NCBI RefSeq assembly: GCF_009914755.1
Contig: NC_060937.1
Direction: 5' to 3' (one strand)
Source of the DNA: the human T2T-CHM13v2.0 reference genome, Homo sapiens
DNA length: 64,000 bases
Below the pieces are notes generated by a model. The model was given only the letters and a program-made list of their open reading frames with translations. It did no database searches and had not been told where the DNA came from. Positions 43,022-57,289 of this stretch are shown here, piece by piece (the first letter of the stretch is position 1; each line of letters opens with the position of its first letter). The translations under genes were made by a program, and so were the position numbers.

Positions 43022-43310
43022 TTTTTTTGAGACAGGGTCTTTCTCTGTCACCCAGTTTGGAGTGCAGTGGTGTGATCTCTGCTCACTGCAGCCTCTGCTT
43101 CCCAGACTCAAGTGATTCTCTGCTTCATTCTCCAGAGTAGCTGGGACTACAGGTGTGCACCGCCATGCCTGACTAACTTGTGTATTTTTTGTAGAGACAA
43201 GGTTTCACTATGTTGCCCAGGCTGGTCTCGAACTCCTGAGCTCAAAGAGATCTGCCTGCCTCAGCCTCCCAAAGTACTGGAATTACAGGTGTGAGTCACT
43301 GCTCCCAGCT
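43022..43310 (-). mobile_element. AluJ inserted in a MIR (MIR about 42960-43560)
   Basis: GAGACAGGGTCT, CTATGTTGCCCAGGCTGG, CCTGAGCTCAA; TSD TTCATTGAGT(A/G)A; MIR core CAGAGAGGTTAAGTAAC downstream. Confidence 0.9.
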
Positions 43311-44086
43311 CTTCATTGAGTGACTATTATTTTACAGGCATAATTCAAAGTGCCTTACAAGTATTAATGCATTTAATTCCCAAAAAATCCCATCAGATTT
43401 TATTTTTCATCTCTGTTTCATAGCCTATAGAACTAAATCACAGAGAGGTTAAGTAACCGCCCAACATTACAGTTAGAAAGAATAATAATCAGTATACAAA
43501 TGCAAGCAGTTTCTCCCCCGATCCAGCCTCCATAACCATGCCAGAATGCTGCCTCTCCAATACATTTGAACTTTTATCGGGCATTAAAATCAAACAGCAT
43601 TTGTTGATAAATAACAAACTTCTTTGGTCTGAAAATTTAACACATTCAAACAATATTCTGAAATTTTCATTACAAAACTTCCTTGAAAGCAAATCAACCT
43701 GGTTATTAACATTAGTTGTTGGACCCTGGCGGGTGGGTGTGAAGAGTTGAGGAGGGGATGAAAAGATAAAGCAAAACCAAACAAACAAAATGAATAAAAA
43801 CACTTTGTGTCTACAGTGAAAGCACATGTGTGGTAGGTTTCCATTTTTGTGCAAGAGTTATGTGAAGGGTTGTCACAAAATTAAACGTGGCTCTTTCAGA
43901 ATGGTACAAAGTCTGATGGATGCTTACCATACAGTTAGCTCTCCTGTGATTTTTGTTTTTTTGCAATGACTATGAGGCCATACAAAGAGCTCATGTATTA
44001 ACTTGAAAACTCTGGCTTGGAGGGTGATATAGTTTGGCTGTGTCCCCACCCAAATTTCGTCTTGAATTGTAACACCCACATTTCTA

Positions 44087-44362
44087 TTAGTCTAATATCT
44101 GGGTCTTTCTGTGATAGGAAAATAGGGGAGTTAAGAAGTGGGTAGTAAGAGTGAAAACTGTGCTCCAGGATATGAATGGGAACACCAGCAAATATTGGAG
44201 GTCAAGTCACCTGTAAGTTTCAGGATTGGTAGAAATAAGAACATGAGACTTGTCCTGAGACACAGAAATAGTGATATTGAAAACAGTTAAATACCTCTAT
44301 GCCATGTGCTCCAACCTATGAGAAAAGCTCCATAAACAACCAACATGTTCATACAGTGGTTC
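44087..44362 (-). repeat. Inverted copy of 45075-45341
   Basis: Manual alignment: about 20 substitutions plus small indels (one of 8 bp) over ~270 bp. Confidence 0.97.
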
Positions 44363-44447
44363 CTTGTAAGGCCCTCTGAATTATGCCAGGAAAATAATAG
44401 TCACTCAACAAAGAGCCAGGAGCAGTGACTCACACCTGTAATTCCAG
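44363..44447 (-). repeat. Inverted copy of 43277-43361 (AluJ 5' end plus flank)
   Basis: Ungapped 85-bp manual alignment with 8 mismatches. Confidence 0.96.
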
Positions 44448-45905
44448 ATATTAGACTGGGTTCCATGAGAGGAGCCCAGTGGGAGGGGATTGAATTATGG
44501 GGGCGCGTCTTTCCTGTGCTGTTCTCGTGATAGTGAATGAGTCTCGCGAGATATGGTGGTTTTAAAACTGGGAGTTTCCCTGCACAAGCACTTTCTTTGC
44601 CTTCTGCCATCCATGTCTTGCTCCTCCTTGCCTTCCACCATGGTTGTGAGGCCTCCCCAGCCATGTGGACCTGTAAGTCCATTAAACCTCTTTTACTTCC
44701 CAGTCTCGGTTATGTCTTTATCAGCAGCAAGGACACGGACTAATACAGATGGCTCATCCAGAAGTTAGAAAATTAGAGATGCAGACCTGGCAAAGTAGAT
44801 CTGAAATGGGACTCCGGAACTAATGACATTGGCTTTCTAGGTTGGAAACACTTACAAACCCAGACATGAGACTCACACCTTAAATGGTCTGTTGGAGCTT
44901 TTATCCTGGTTTTCCACAAAAGGACTATGAAGAATACAAATGGCTCCTTCAGAGAGTGGCAGTTAGCAGCTCTTTATTATGAGCGCTCTCTTCGTCCTAT
45001 TTAGGTAAACTCCATTCTAATTCAAATTAGGTAAACACTTACCAATACTTTAATCGAAACTTGTATTCAGATAAGAACCACTGTATGAACATGTTGGTTG
45101 TTTATGGAGCTTTTCTCATATGTTGGAGCACATGGCATGGAGGTATTTCACCGTTTTCAATATCGCCATTTCTGTGTCTCAGGACACGTCTCATGTTCTT
45201 ATTTCTACAGATCCTGAAACTTACAGGTGATTTGACCTCCAATATTCGCTCATTCATATCCTGCGCACAGTTTTTCACTTTTGTTACCCATTTCTTAACT
45301 CCCCTTTTTTCTATCACAGAAAGACCTAGATATTAGACTAAGGGTCATTTTTTCCTTTTTCCATATGCATACTGAACATAGAAAAACTTTTAACATCAGC
45401 CTTCATGTGTTCAGCAGGCTTGATAGCATCAACCTTAATTAGACATCCATGTTCCAAAAATGTGAGATTTTATCCAGCCTTCTGCCTAGTTTTCTTCTGT
45501 GATTCTCCCCATTTACTCCGTTTTCCTTGTCCCCTCTCTCCTCTTCACACTTTCTCACCACCCATTTCTTTCACCGTTTATAAAGCAGAGCCATTTTTTC
45601 CATTTCTCCCTTAACTCATGCCCCAGGGTCTGACCTTTCATTCAAGAACTTTATTGAAGTGTTTTCTAAACAGCCCCCTAATTTTTCCTAAGGAGGAATG
45701 CTGATCCTTGTTTTTAAGTTTGTTTGTTTGTTTTTTCCACTCTATTACCTAAACATATTGTAAATTAAACTCAGGCAACAGACTTCATGCCAAAATATAT
45801 TACATCACCGTACCATTTTCTGAACTTCAACCTTCATCATCTTTCTCGTCTCCCAAATGGTTCCCTTGCTCTAATCTATTCCCAATACACCAACAGTACA
45901 ATGGT

Positions 45906-46088
45906 ATTTATTTGTTTATTTATTATTACACTTTAAGTTCTAGGGCACATGTGTACAACGTGCAGGTTTGTTACATATGTATACATGTGCCATGTTGGTG
46001 TGCTGCACTCATTAACTCATCATTTACATTAGGTGTATCTCCTAATGCTATCCCTCCCTGCTTCTCCTACCCCATGACAGGCCCCGTG
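45906..46088 (-). mobile_element. Short 5'-truncated L1PA4/5 3' end within L2 remnants
   Basis: CTTTAAGTTCTAGGGCACATGTGTACAACGTGCAGG...; TSD AGTACAATGGT at 45895 and 46099; ~10 extra nt at the 5' junction. Confidence 0.93.
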
Positions 46089-47377
46089 GGGAACATCAAG
46101 TACAATGGTCTTTCTAAATTGACACAATGATCACTTTAGTCACTCCTCCAAGGGCTTCCTGTCATTTAAACTACAAAGTTCAGCCTCCCGTAAAGCAGAC
46201 CTGTCCGCAGATGCGGGCTTATTTCTCAACAAAATCTGTCACATCTTACACAACAGTCATCCTACCTGTATCTTCAACAAAGTTGTTGGTGCCTTTGCTT
46301 ACGGGGGCATATCCCCTGGCATTGGCACTTAGCCCAAGAAACTTTTTCATATAGTGATCATCGATGTCACTCATCTCGAGCCTCCTATCTCCTTTGAATT
46401 CAACTTCATGTTAGGTTGAACTGAACCTCTGTCTTTTGTGTCCATTAAATCCTATGTGCGTGTAAAATATAGCAACAACACTCATTTTTACTTATTATTT
46501 GCATTTTTCTGCCTTCTGCAGCAACTCAGAGGCATTTGTTTAACTCTAATCTTTAAGATAATATCCAGCATCTATTAGGTACGCAATAAATGTTAAATGA
46601 GTAAATGAAAGTTTTAAAATTCAGCTGTTGATAAATAGTAGGAAGAAAATGGGGCACGCCACAGTTGAAGATTAATTTAACACCCCTAAGGAATTGTTAA
46701 CTGAATATCAATAGATCTTTACTTCATCCTAATATAGAGTTTATATAATGTCATAATGCTACATATTAAAGCATTCTGCTTAGAGTGATCAGAATTTCTA
46801 GTGAATCACCACTTTGAAAACTTAAGCTTTATATACCCAGGTATTTCATTTCATTGATATGCATGGAATAGTCATATCTGTGCTGAAATTTTAGACTATT
46901 ATTTGTAACATGATACTAGGTGTAATAATAGCACAGTATTTGGAATCAGGGTTACCCTGAACAATCCAGGATATCCCATTACCTTCTTTTAGGACTAGCA
47001 GGCTTTTCTGAAGAACAGATTGGTACGTTGGGGCATAAGAGACTCAATTCTTGCTTCTACATATTATGCCTGCATAAGTTAGGAACTGAAGTGTAAAAGG
47101 AGGGATTGGGAGCAGGTAATTGGTAAGGGGATATTGGAATACCAGTTCAGTTCACATCTCCGTATTTGTCTAAGTCTTAGATTAAGCACAGCATAGCCAC
47201 GTCTGCCCCATTTAATCCTTTGCCTCTGCCTGAGACAAGCAGTCCAGGCTTTCCCAAAAGTCCCTCGGCACGTGCTCTGCATTTGTGACATTAACTCTCT
47301 CCTCTTCCTTCAACTCTTTGTGACTTCTGGGGGTCCTGTTGTGGATCCCACTTAGCCTCCATTAGAGTGTTTTAGTT

Positions 47378-47540
47378 GAGTGCCTTTCAAACTGTAATGT
47401 GGATAAGAATCACCTGGAGATTTCATTACAATGCAGATTATGATTTCACGGTTCTGGGTTTGAGTATGAGATCTTTCATTTCTAACAAGCTCCCAAATGA
47501 AGACATTCCTGATCCACAGACCACACTTCGTGCAACAAAA
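47378..47540. mobile_element. MER5A (hAT-Charlie MITE)
   Basis: AGAATCACCTGGAGA...AATGCAGATT...CATTTCTAACAAGCTCCCA...AGACCACACTT. Confidence 0.8.
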
Positions 47541-50500
47541 CTTTAGATGACAAATCATGAAATATCGTGTCAGTTTGTTTGGATTTTGGACTCTGGTTTC
47601 ACTATTTACCAGAAAGGAAACCTTAGATAACCTATATAAATGCTCTCAGCTTCAAGGAACTTTTCCTATAAAACAGGCTATTAATACTTCATAGGGTTCA
47701 TGGAAGGACAAGGGAATAATATAATTAAACATATAATTTCTTTCAAACCAAGATGCTCAATCATATAAACGTCCTTCTTTGCCTTCCTTTTCCCCTTGAA
47801 CTTTTAGCCTGATTCACATATTGCAAAAGTTTGTCACTCATATTTGGGGCTTTTAGTTTCTGGATTTTAGTTTCGTCTTTGGCACTGTGGTCTAGCCATC
47901 AGTTAACCAATTATTTATTAATGATCTTTCTCGCCCACATCGTTGTTCATAGGCAGGCTCTTTTAAGAACATAAAGATCAACCATCATGGAAATTTAATA
48001 ACTATTATACTCAATTGCTGAAACACACCTTTTCCTCCCTTGATCTATAGTTAGCATTCCTTCAATAATTTTTTTTAATTCATGGAATTCAAAAACTTCA
48101 ATGATTTTTTTCTACTGGGCTGTCTAATTTTAACATGGTAAGTACTTGGTAAAGTTCAATACCTTTCCCCTTATAAGTTTTTCTTCTAAGCAAGCTAACT
48201 GATTTTAGAATAGGAGATGTTAACACCATAAATACATTTGTCAGGATTAGGTTTTCACATTGCTTTGGGGATATTGGAACACTTTCTTAATCACCCTTTA
48301 GGTTTTGTTTGAGGCTCTATTTCAGGATTCACAGAAAGGCCTTGGTTTGTGGTTGAATGACATGACGAGGCATTTACTGTCACAAATATAATAGCAGTTA
48401 TAAGTAAATTGATATCCAGGTAAAAAACAGTGTATTTTTCCAAATCTGTCAACATTATATTTTGTTATGAAGAGAATAACGAAAAGAAATGGAATCTTTG
48501 AAAAATAACCTTTGATAGATAACTTAATGTCCTTGAGTTTAAATTTACTCTCTTTTTAAAAAGATGGGAGTATATACAATATTACTCTAACGTTTCTTTA
48601 GACATCAGAATTGGATGTTGGTTTGAGTAAAGATATTCTATTTGTGTGTTTTCCTCTCTCCTTCTTTTCTATATAATAAATGCCTATTTTGCTAATGTGT
48701 TTAATTACATAAATGGTTTTTCTGATTCCGTTTGGCAGAAAGGGTTGATTTCGATAAGTATTTTATTATTAATATTATTCATAATAATCAATTTTAGCTG
48801 ATTACTTTTTATGTCTAAACAATTGTTCAAGTGTCAATTAAGGATCCATAGAGCACAGAATAGACATAATCATCATTGTGTCATTTGGTGTATAAACAAT
48901 TAGATGAATCTGATCTCTAAATTCAACAAGTGGGAAAGTATTATATCAAATAAACTGCAAATAAAAATTACGTGACAGATGTGATTTATGCACAAAGGAT
49001 TTGGGAGATAACAAATTTTTAAAATTGTCTACAACTGATGCTATATTCCATAAAAACATGTTATTTGTGGTATTTTTTAATCTATTATAGATTTTTTTCT
49101 AACTTTTGTTTTGACATTCAATTTTGAAGCTATTCATTTCCACTCAAAAATACAGGCCATCCACCTACAGTGCTAAGTTACTATTTAGTACAATGCCTTA
49201 TAAACTTGACATCTTCTTATACTTTCTGAACTTCTATGGTTCAGTGGAAAAAAGAAGCATTGCACTAGGTTATTTCAGACATTGTTAGTCTGACATAATA
49301 TAGGAAGTATTTTTGTGCTACACTTTTATCCTGGCGTAAAATGTGGCATAATTTTTAGGTTCAAGAGCTGTTTTACTCCTATTCAAAACTTTCTTCCAGT
49401 GACCTAACCAAAATAGTATGTATTAAAAGCATGTATAAGCTACTACTTTTCTATGAACAATAGCCTTACAATCTGTTTGCCTTGCATAAAACACATACAT
49501 ATGTGCACACCTATGCACCATAAGCTGTGGATCCTTTGTGTGAAGAAGACACCTGTCCACCATGGAGAAGTCCCACTTCCCAGGTTTTACATCTCCAACC
49601 CCAGAGTTCAAAGCCAGCTATTCTTCAATGATTGGAATAGTTTGCTAAAAATTAAAAGTGAAATACGCAATTGCAAATAAATATGAAATGTTTTGCTTTC
49701 TTTAAATGTGCACCTTTTAAATTTTATCTCTTGGATGTATTAACACACTAATATGAGTTGGCTTTTCAAAGTATTTATTGTCTAAAACATGGTTTCTCAA
49801 ACTTTCATGATAACAAAGTTTTATGAAAATTTTTTAGATTTTTAAATGAAACGTTAGATATCCCTGCAAATGTGCTAACACTTGAATGAAATGAACCCAG
49901 GTTTGCATTTTGGTTCTAAATTTTAGTTGCAAGCAATTTACTTAACGTCGTTAATCACTAGTCTTTTCCTAAGGAAAGGGGAACTGATAGACTTTATCTT
50001 TTTCAGCCGATGTAGACATTAAATTAATTAATACATGTAAATTGTTTAACATAGTTTCTTCCACAGAGTAATTGATTAGTACAATAAGAAATTATTATTA
50101 TTAATCTAGCTTATTTTTATTACATTTGAAACAACAATATCTGAAAGACTTGCCCATATCTTTTCAGGATTCAGTCATTGCAATATTCTTTCTGTATTTC
50201 TTACTCTTAAATGAAATACAGTGTTCACCTCTGACACTAACATTCAACAGAACGAGCCCCTGTCAAGAAATTAATCAAAGAAAAAATATATTTGTTATAT
50301 TTTTTCTCTCTCTCTGTCATGATTCTAGCAAACAAATAGAAACAAGGCTAGGCACATGGGTGGGTGGATAAATATCACTCTTCAAGTAGTGAGATTAATT
50401 ATGATATATGAATAGTTTTGCTATCCATCATTCACATTTATTGATAGTTGCATGAAGAAATATATCCAACCTAAACTCTTATTCTTGTTGGAATTAAATT

Positions 50501-50714
50501 ATCACAATTTCCAATCTTATATGTGTACTCACCTATTTACTTTTTAGCCAAAGAAAAATCACCCCAAATTTACAATAATGTAACAGCTTAGATATTCTAA
50601 CAGTAACATTTATACTCAGTAATCACGTAAGAGCATTCTAATTAAAACACATTAGCAACTAACATTCCTTAATCTGGGTATGCAGGTTAAAAGCCACATA
50701 GTTTCATTACAACA

Positions 50715-51775
<1,061 letters not shown>

Positions 51776-51899
51776 AATCTTAAGCATAAACTAATGTCAA
51801 AATACCTGTGAATAGAGCTGTCAAAATACCAACATTTCTGATGCCCCATCCCTCTGAAAGAGTCATAGTTGAATGCTGCTAGAGAAACATTTCATAGTC

Positions 51900-53890
51900 T
51901 TTCTGGATGGACTTGCTTCAAATTTATGACCACTGATCTCAAATAGTCTCTCAATGCTATTCAACAATGCATCTCCATTTCTCTAGTAAATTGCCTTTTC
52001 TGCTCTCTGGGATGGCTCTCTCATACTTTCTCCTCAACTCTTCAACAGCTCCTCCCAACTGGACTCTCAGCACGGGAATAAAATAACTGAGCTCAGTCAA
52101 GAACTACTTCCTCTTCCAATCACCACTTTAAAAATCGTGTACCCATATTCTCAGCTGCCCCACCTGTGCAGATGAAAGAACAGACACTGTTCAAAGGCCA
52201 ACCTCAGTACCTATGTCTTTGGTACTATTCCCTCCTGCCTTTTATACCCTGATGTTCTTCCTTCAAAACTGAACATCTCCAAAAATGTCCTGTCACACCA
52301 GCCTTATTGTCTCATCTCACACTTTCTCTTCAACCTATACCGGTCAGAGTTCCTCTGCCCCCAATGCACAGAGACTGCACCTATAGAGCTTGCCAAAGCT
52401 GAAGGTCAATTTTCTGTCCTTGCATTACATTAAGTTTCAACAGCACTTGACATGTTCTTTTTCTTAAAATGTTTATCTCTAAGCTTTCTTGACACCTGGC
52501 TCAGAGTCATTGGTAATGTAATCACATTTTCTGTGTTGGTATTTTTTCCCACTGTATCAGTTCACTGAATAGAGCAGCACTCCGCGGCTCTTCCCTCACC
52601 CCTGTTCTCTATCTGTGCACTCCCTCCTAAGGCTCCCTTATTTGCCTTGTAACTTTAAATAGCATCCACACACTGACTCTCAAATGTACAGCAATAGCAA
52701 AGCCTTATTTCATTACCGGCAGATTCTTATATCCAATCTCCCACTTGCCATCTTCACTAGGATAAGCACTAGGTTTAGACAAAACAGAGATAATGATTTT
52801 TTCCTTCTGTTAATTTCCTCCCAATTCCCTCAAGCATTCTTCCTCCCAATAAACATCATGACCATTCACACACCATGACTTCAGAGAAAGCCTTAGGAGA
52901 GATACTGTGTCTGTGTCTCACTCACACTCACATTCACTGCCTCTCCTAGTCCTGCACCTCTACCTTCAGAATGCCCTGCGTCAGAGGGTGCTTTCTCAAA
53001 GGGCATTTTATGACTTGTTAGACTGAAAAATCCTGCTGGCTGCAGTGCAGGGAGGTGAGGCTGGAAAGGCAGGCAGGAATCAAAGGGTCAGGGCTTTATG
53101 TTGAGACAGTAGGGATCCACAGATTTTATGTATTTAGAAGTGAGGTCTCAAAAAAAAAGAAAAGAAAAGAAAAGAAAAGCCACAGCCTGGTCTCTGCCTC
53201 CATCCTCTCCATCTGGACAGTGGCCATGGCATGCTATCCTGTTATCCTGTTACCTCCTCCCCAGTTAACCTCTTCTTGTCCATGTTCTACAGAACAACCA
53301 AGAGTTATTTTTCTGAAATGTAAATCAGCACTCCCTGATCTAACTTCCTTCCAGTGTTCTTAGAATAAAATCCCAGCTCCTTATCATGACCTGACAGATC
53401 CTGAATGGCTTGATGCCTGTTACTGATCTAAGATCCCCCCAGTCATTTTCTCCCTTTTCACCATGTTCAAATCCACCTGGCTTTTATTGGTCTTACAGAA
53501 ACACAACGTCTTTGCTACTACGGAATTCTGCACAGGCTATTCTTTTCCCTTGAGGCCTCTTCCTGTAAAATCATGCATTACTCTCTCATCATTCGGGTTT
53601 CAAGTCAAGGTCCAGCTCCTCAGAGATGTCTTGCCTGCTGTCATCCCTAAATGTCCTCCATAGATAGCCTCTCAGTACTCTGAACCACATTGCTACTATG
53701 ACCTTATTCTTAGCACTTGCAGTGGGATTATCTTAATTATTTGTGTGTGTATTTGTACGTTATATAGCTTTCTAAATAGAATGAAGCAACATAAATATAG
53801 ACTGCCTATCTCTTCTAGCACTGTATACTCAATTCTCAGAAGAAATTTCCACTATAGGATATGCTCAAAAAGTATTTGTTAACGGAGAGA
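51900..53890 (+). mobile_element. L2 fragments
   Basis: AAGGTCAATTTTCTGTCCTT, CAGCACTTGACA, TAGAATAAAATCC, ending TGCTCAAAAAGTATTTGTT. Confidence 0.75.
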
Positions 53891-56800
53891 CTGACTATAT
53901 CAATTGACTGACATTTACATTTATATAATAATAATAATCTCACCAAATACTCATTTACCAAATAACATATCTGCTGTAAGAATAATTTGAAAAAACAAGT
54001 TTATTATATTCAATTCTTAGAAATAATTCAATCTGTTTCTCAATTAATGTATAATCTCATTTTTACACTGACTTTTTACAGTAGCTTCATAGGTCTATTA
54101 ATATCGTCACTAACTTTTCATACACACACATGTAATTCTTGTAAGTATTCTGTATAATTTTTTTAAGCGTCTTCTAAGAAAAAATATTCTCATTCCTAAA
54201 AATAAAATAAAAACCTGGTTTGGATCCAAATAGAATTTCATTATGAGTGAGAACGAGTTTGGAGAAAAACTTAATATTTTTGCATCAGTAAAATGACATA
54301 AAATGATGGTAAATTTATGTTTTTTATATTGATAAGCTAATATTTTCAAAAATTAGATTATTTTATCAACACTTATTCCACTCATTTGAGTTGTCTATTT
54401 CAAACCACATTAACTTCAATTTCTGTCATTCTGACAATGAAAATCATACGGCATTGTTACAAAAATGTATCACAAAGTGCAAACACTTGCCAATAAAAAA
54501 GATTTATAACCTAAGGGAAACGTATATATACAAAATTTAATTCTGAGAGCAAATTAAAAAACACATTTGAATCATCTCTATACTATTCTGGAAAGAAATA
54601 CTGTCTTTATTGCAACTTTAATCAATTGTAATGGTCTATGTTTCATAATACTGATTTCAACATCTGTCATTTTCTGCAAGTTTTTTATGTTAAAATAATG
54701 TAATATTAAGTATTCCAACAGATTTATGATTAATTTTCTTTAACTACGTTATAGTAATATATTTTTCTCTTAACAGTGTAGAGAAAATTTTAATTGAGGA
54801 GTTATTAAATGTGAAACTTTGTGAATATGTGGAGGCAAAAATATCTACAACTATTGTTAGAGCTATTTTGTATGGGGTAACTGTGTGAGAGTGTGAGATT
54901 TGGTAGGTATGGCAGGAGGGTAGCTATTTTAAGGGAATTATATCACCATGTAAAATTCTGGAACTTAAGAATTATTTTTTAAATGTCCCCAAATATTATT
55001 TAGTACATAATATATACACTGTATACTATAAAATTTAGATGAAAACGAGCAGCAAATGATTTTAAATCTGGTGATTTTTTGTTTGGTAAGATTATTATTA
55101 CTATTGCCTAACTTCAGCTAGTTCAAAGACAGTACTTTTCCACATTTTTGATATACAAGTGTTTTATTGACAAGATTTTATAGGTTAACTAATTCATGAG
55201 GATTTCCTCTTCTTAGGACTTTATTCGCTCATATTTTAATTGGAATATGTTAGGAGAAGATAATCATTATTAACAAATTGAGTGAAAAGGTGTTAGGTAA
55301 GTTATTTCAGGCCTTAATTTCAAATAAAGTTGTATATAATCTCAGCGTGAAACCAATACAGACTTCACAATTGTAGCTGTATTTCATAATCTTCTACAGC
55401 TATCACTGGTTGAATTTGCAGTTGAGAAGTTACCTGTGGGAGACATGCCTGTGCATGCTCATGTGTAGAGTAATCTTTAAATGTATCAAGAAAGAATCAA
55501 GTTCTGAATGCAAATGCAAGGTTCCAGAAAAACCCTCTTGCTCTCAGGATGGAGGAATTAGACAGGACTTAGTGATGCAGTTATCACAAACCCAGCAGGA
55601 GCACTGATCCCTGGCATCCTTCTCTGAACTTCAACTCTGAAAACATGTTATCCGAGACCTGCCCTATAGGGATCCCCCGCGGATCTCCTCAAACCCACAG
55701 TTTTTCTATTATAAATGTAACAACCAAAATAAAGGAGTCATAACAACTTGTTTCTTCACACCCTGTAGCACTACATAAAGATGCTAGGTAGTCCTGAGTG
55801 ATCATATCACCTCGAGATGTGTTAAACAAAACACCATAGCTTCTTATAGTGTCAGACCTGATGTATGAGAAGCAAACTCCAAAGCACCCACACTCACATG
55901 TTGTCTGTGACATACATGTGATAAAAAGGTCATTCTGAAGGGCTTTTGAGATTATTCTATCCCATGTACATTTCACAGTGACCATCAGGTGAGTTCATAC
56001 CAAGGGTATCAATTATAAGAATCTCTTAGTATTAACCAGGAAATGCAGTTTTGTTCAATCATTTATCAAATTTTACAAATCTGGAACAATCCCAAATCCT
56101 CCCAGAAACAGTCTGAACTTTAAAAGCTATGATAGATGTCAAGGAAAAATAGTAATTTTATGAACAATTGTTTTCATTTGCCGTGTTCAGTTTCACATGA
56201 TAGCATCACTTAAATATCTGAAAAATGTCTAAGATCAAACGCTTCTATCACCTGCTCTAGGGAGACGGAGCTAGAACTCAGGGTCAGAGAATCTGCCCAG
56301 TGGTACAACCACAGGCTTCTGTGTGGAGGGCCGCAAATACACCCATGATCTTAACAGCATTTTGAGCATTTTGAGCAAGAGCAGCCCAGCGAACTCTGTG
56401 CCTTTATCATTTATTTCTAAGACTTGGTCAGTTATATTAAACCCACTCTTTTCTGTAATCCAAACTACAGTCTGTTGAGTTGAGATGGGAAAGGATGCTA
56501 TATGCAACTAATTGGTGACTTAAAAATCCATTATGTCTGATTTCCCAACTGATTTTTCTTACGTTATACCTCCCTAAGGTAAGCTGTTATTTCAGGTAAA
56601 TAAGGCTACTACCAGAGTATTACATTTAGGATTGCCAGATACAAATGAAGTGAACTTTTAAAGCCCTCTGGAGTTAGAAGAAGAAAGTATAGTGTATTTA
56701 CATAAATAGCAATATTAATATATTTAAAAGTAAGCATCTTTTTGGGTGTTATTTGCTCAGAAACTGTAAATAAACTACTGAGAGATGTCCTAGACTTATC

Positions 56801-57289
56801 TTGGTGGGTAAATACATATTTTTTGTATATACACACACACACACATATGTATATATATGAAATGTATCCAAAAGCTATATAATAACATAAGAAATATAAT
56901 AATTCTTATACAATAACCACCACCCTTATAAGACGATTCATGATTTTTTATAATTTGCAAAGTAGGTAAGTTTGCTGTGCTAGATATTAGAGAAGAGTCT
57001 TAGTTATATTTATAGAAGTGATTTTATTAAAAAATCAGGACATTTTATGCATATTTTATTATTTACTTTATCAGTCATTTGCTTTGCTATTTTTCTCAAA
57101 ATGGCATTTTAAAACTTCATCCCATAAATAGTAAATTCTCGTCTTTGTTAAATGATTTGCTAGTCTAGTGCCTGGTTGGCAAAATCAGCTTTGTAAAGCA
57201 GGTTTTAAGATACAGGTGGAAAAATTAATAGTAATAATTATTTCACTGTAGCAAAAGCTTTCTCTTCAAAATTAAAATTAAACAAAGTT

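Larger units (their letters stand above)
44025..44747 (+). mobile_element. THE1 (MaLR) solo LTR interrupted by a ~370-bp insertion
   Basis: Start TGATATAGTTTGGCTGTGTCCCCACCCAAAT; resumes near 44460; end TATCAGCAGC..ACGGACTAATACA; 5-bp TSD GAGGG/GATGG. Confidence 0.92.

Noticed and set aside
44089-44457. 14-bp terminal inverted repeats suggesting a novel MITE
   Set aside because: The interior is fully explained by local templates, there is no TSD, and the TIR is better explained as snap-back copying
43361-45075. GT...AG ends suggesting the THE1 insert is a spliced cDNA
   Set aside because: Splicing predicts CAA|AACC but the insert reads CAAGGAACC, and there is no poly(A) or TSD; microhomology fits better
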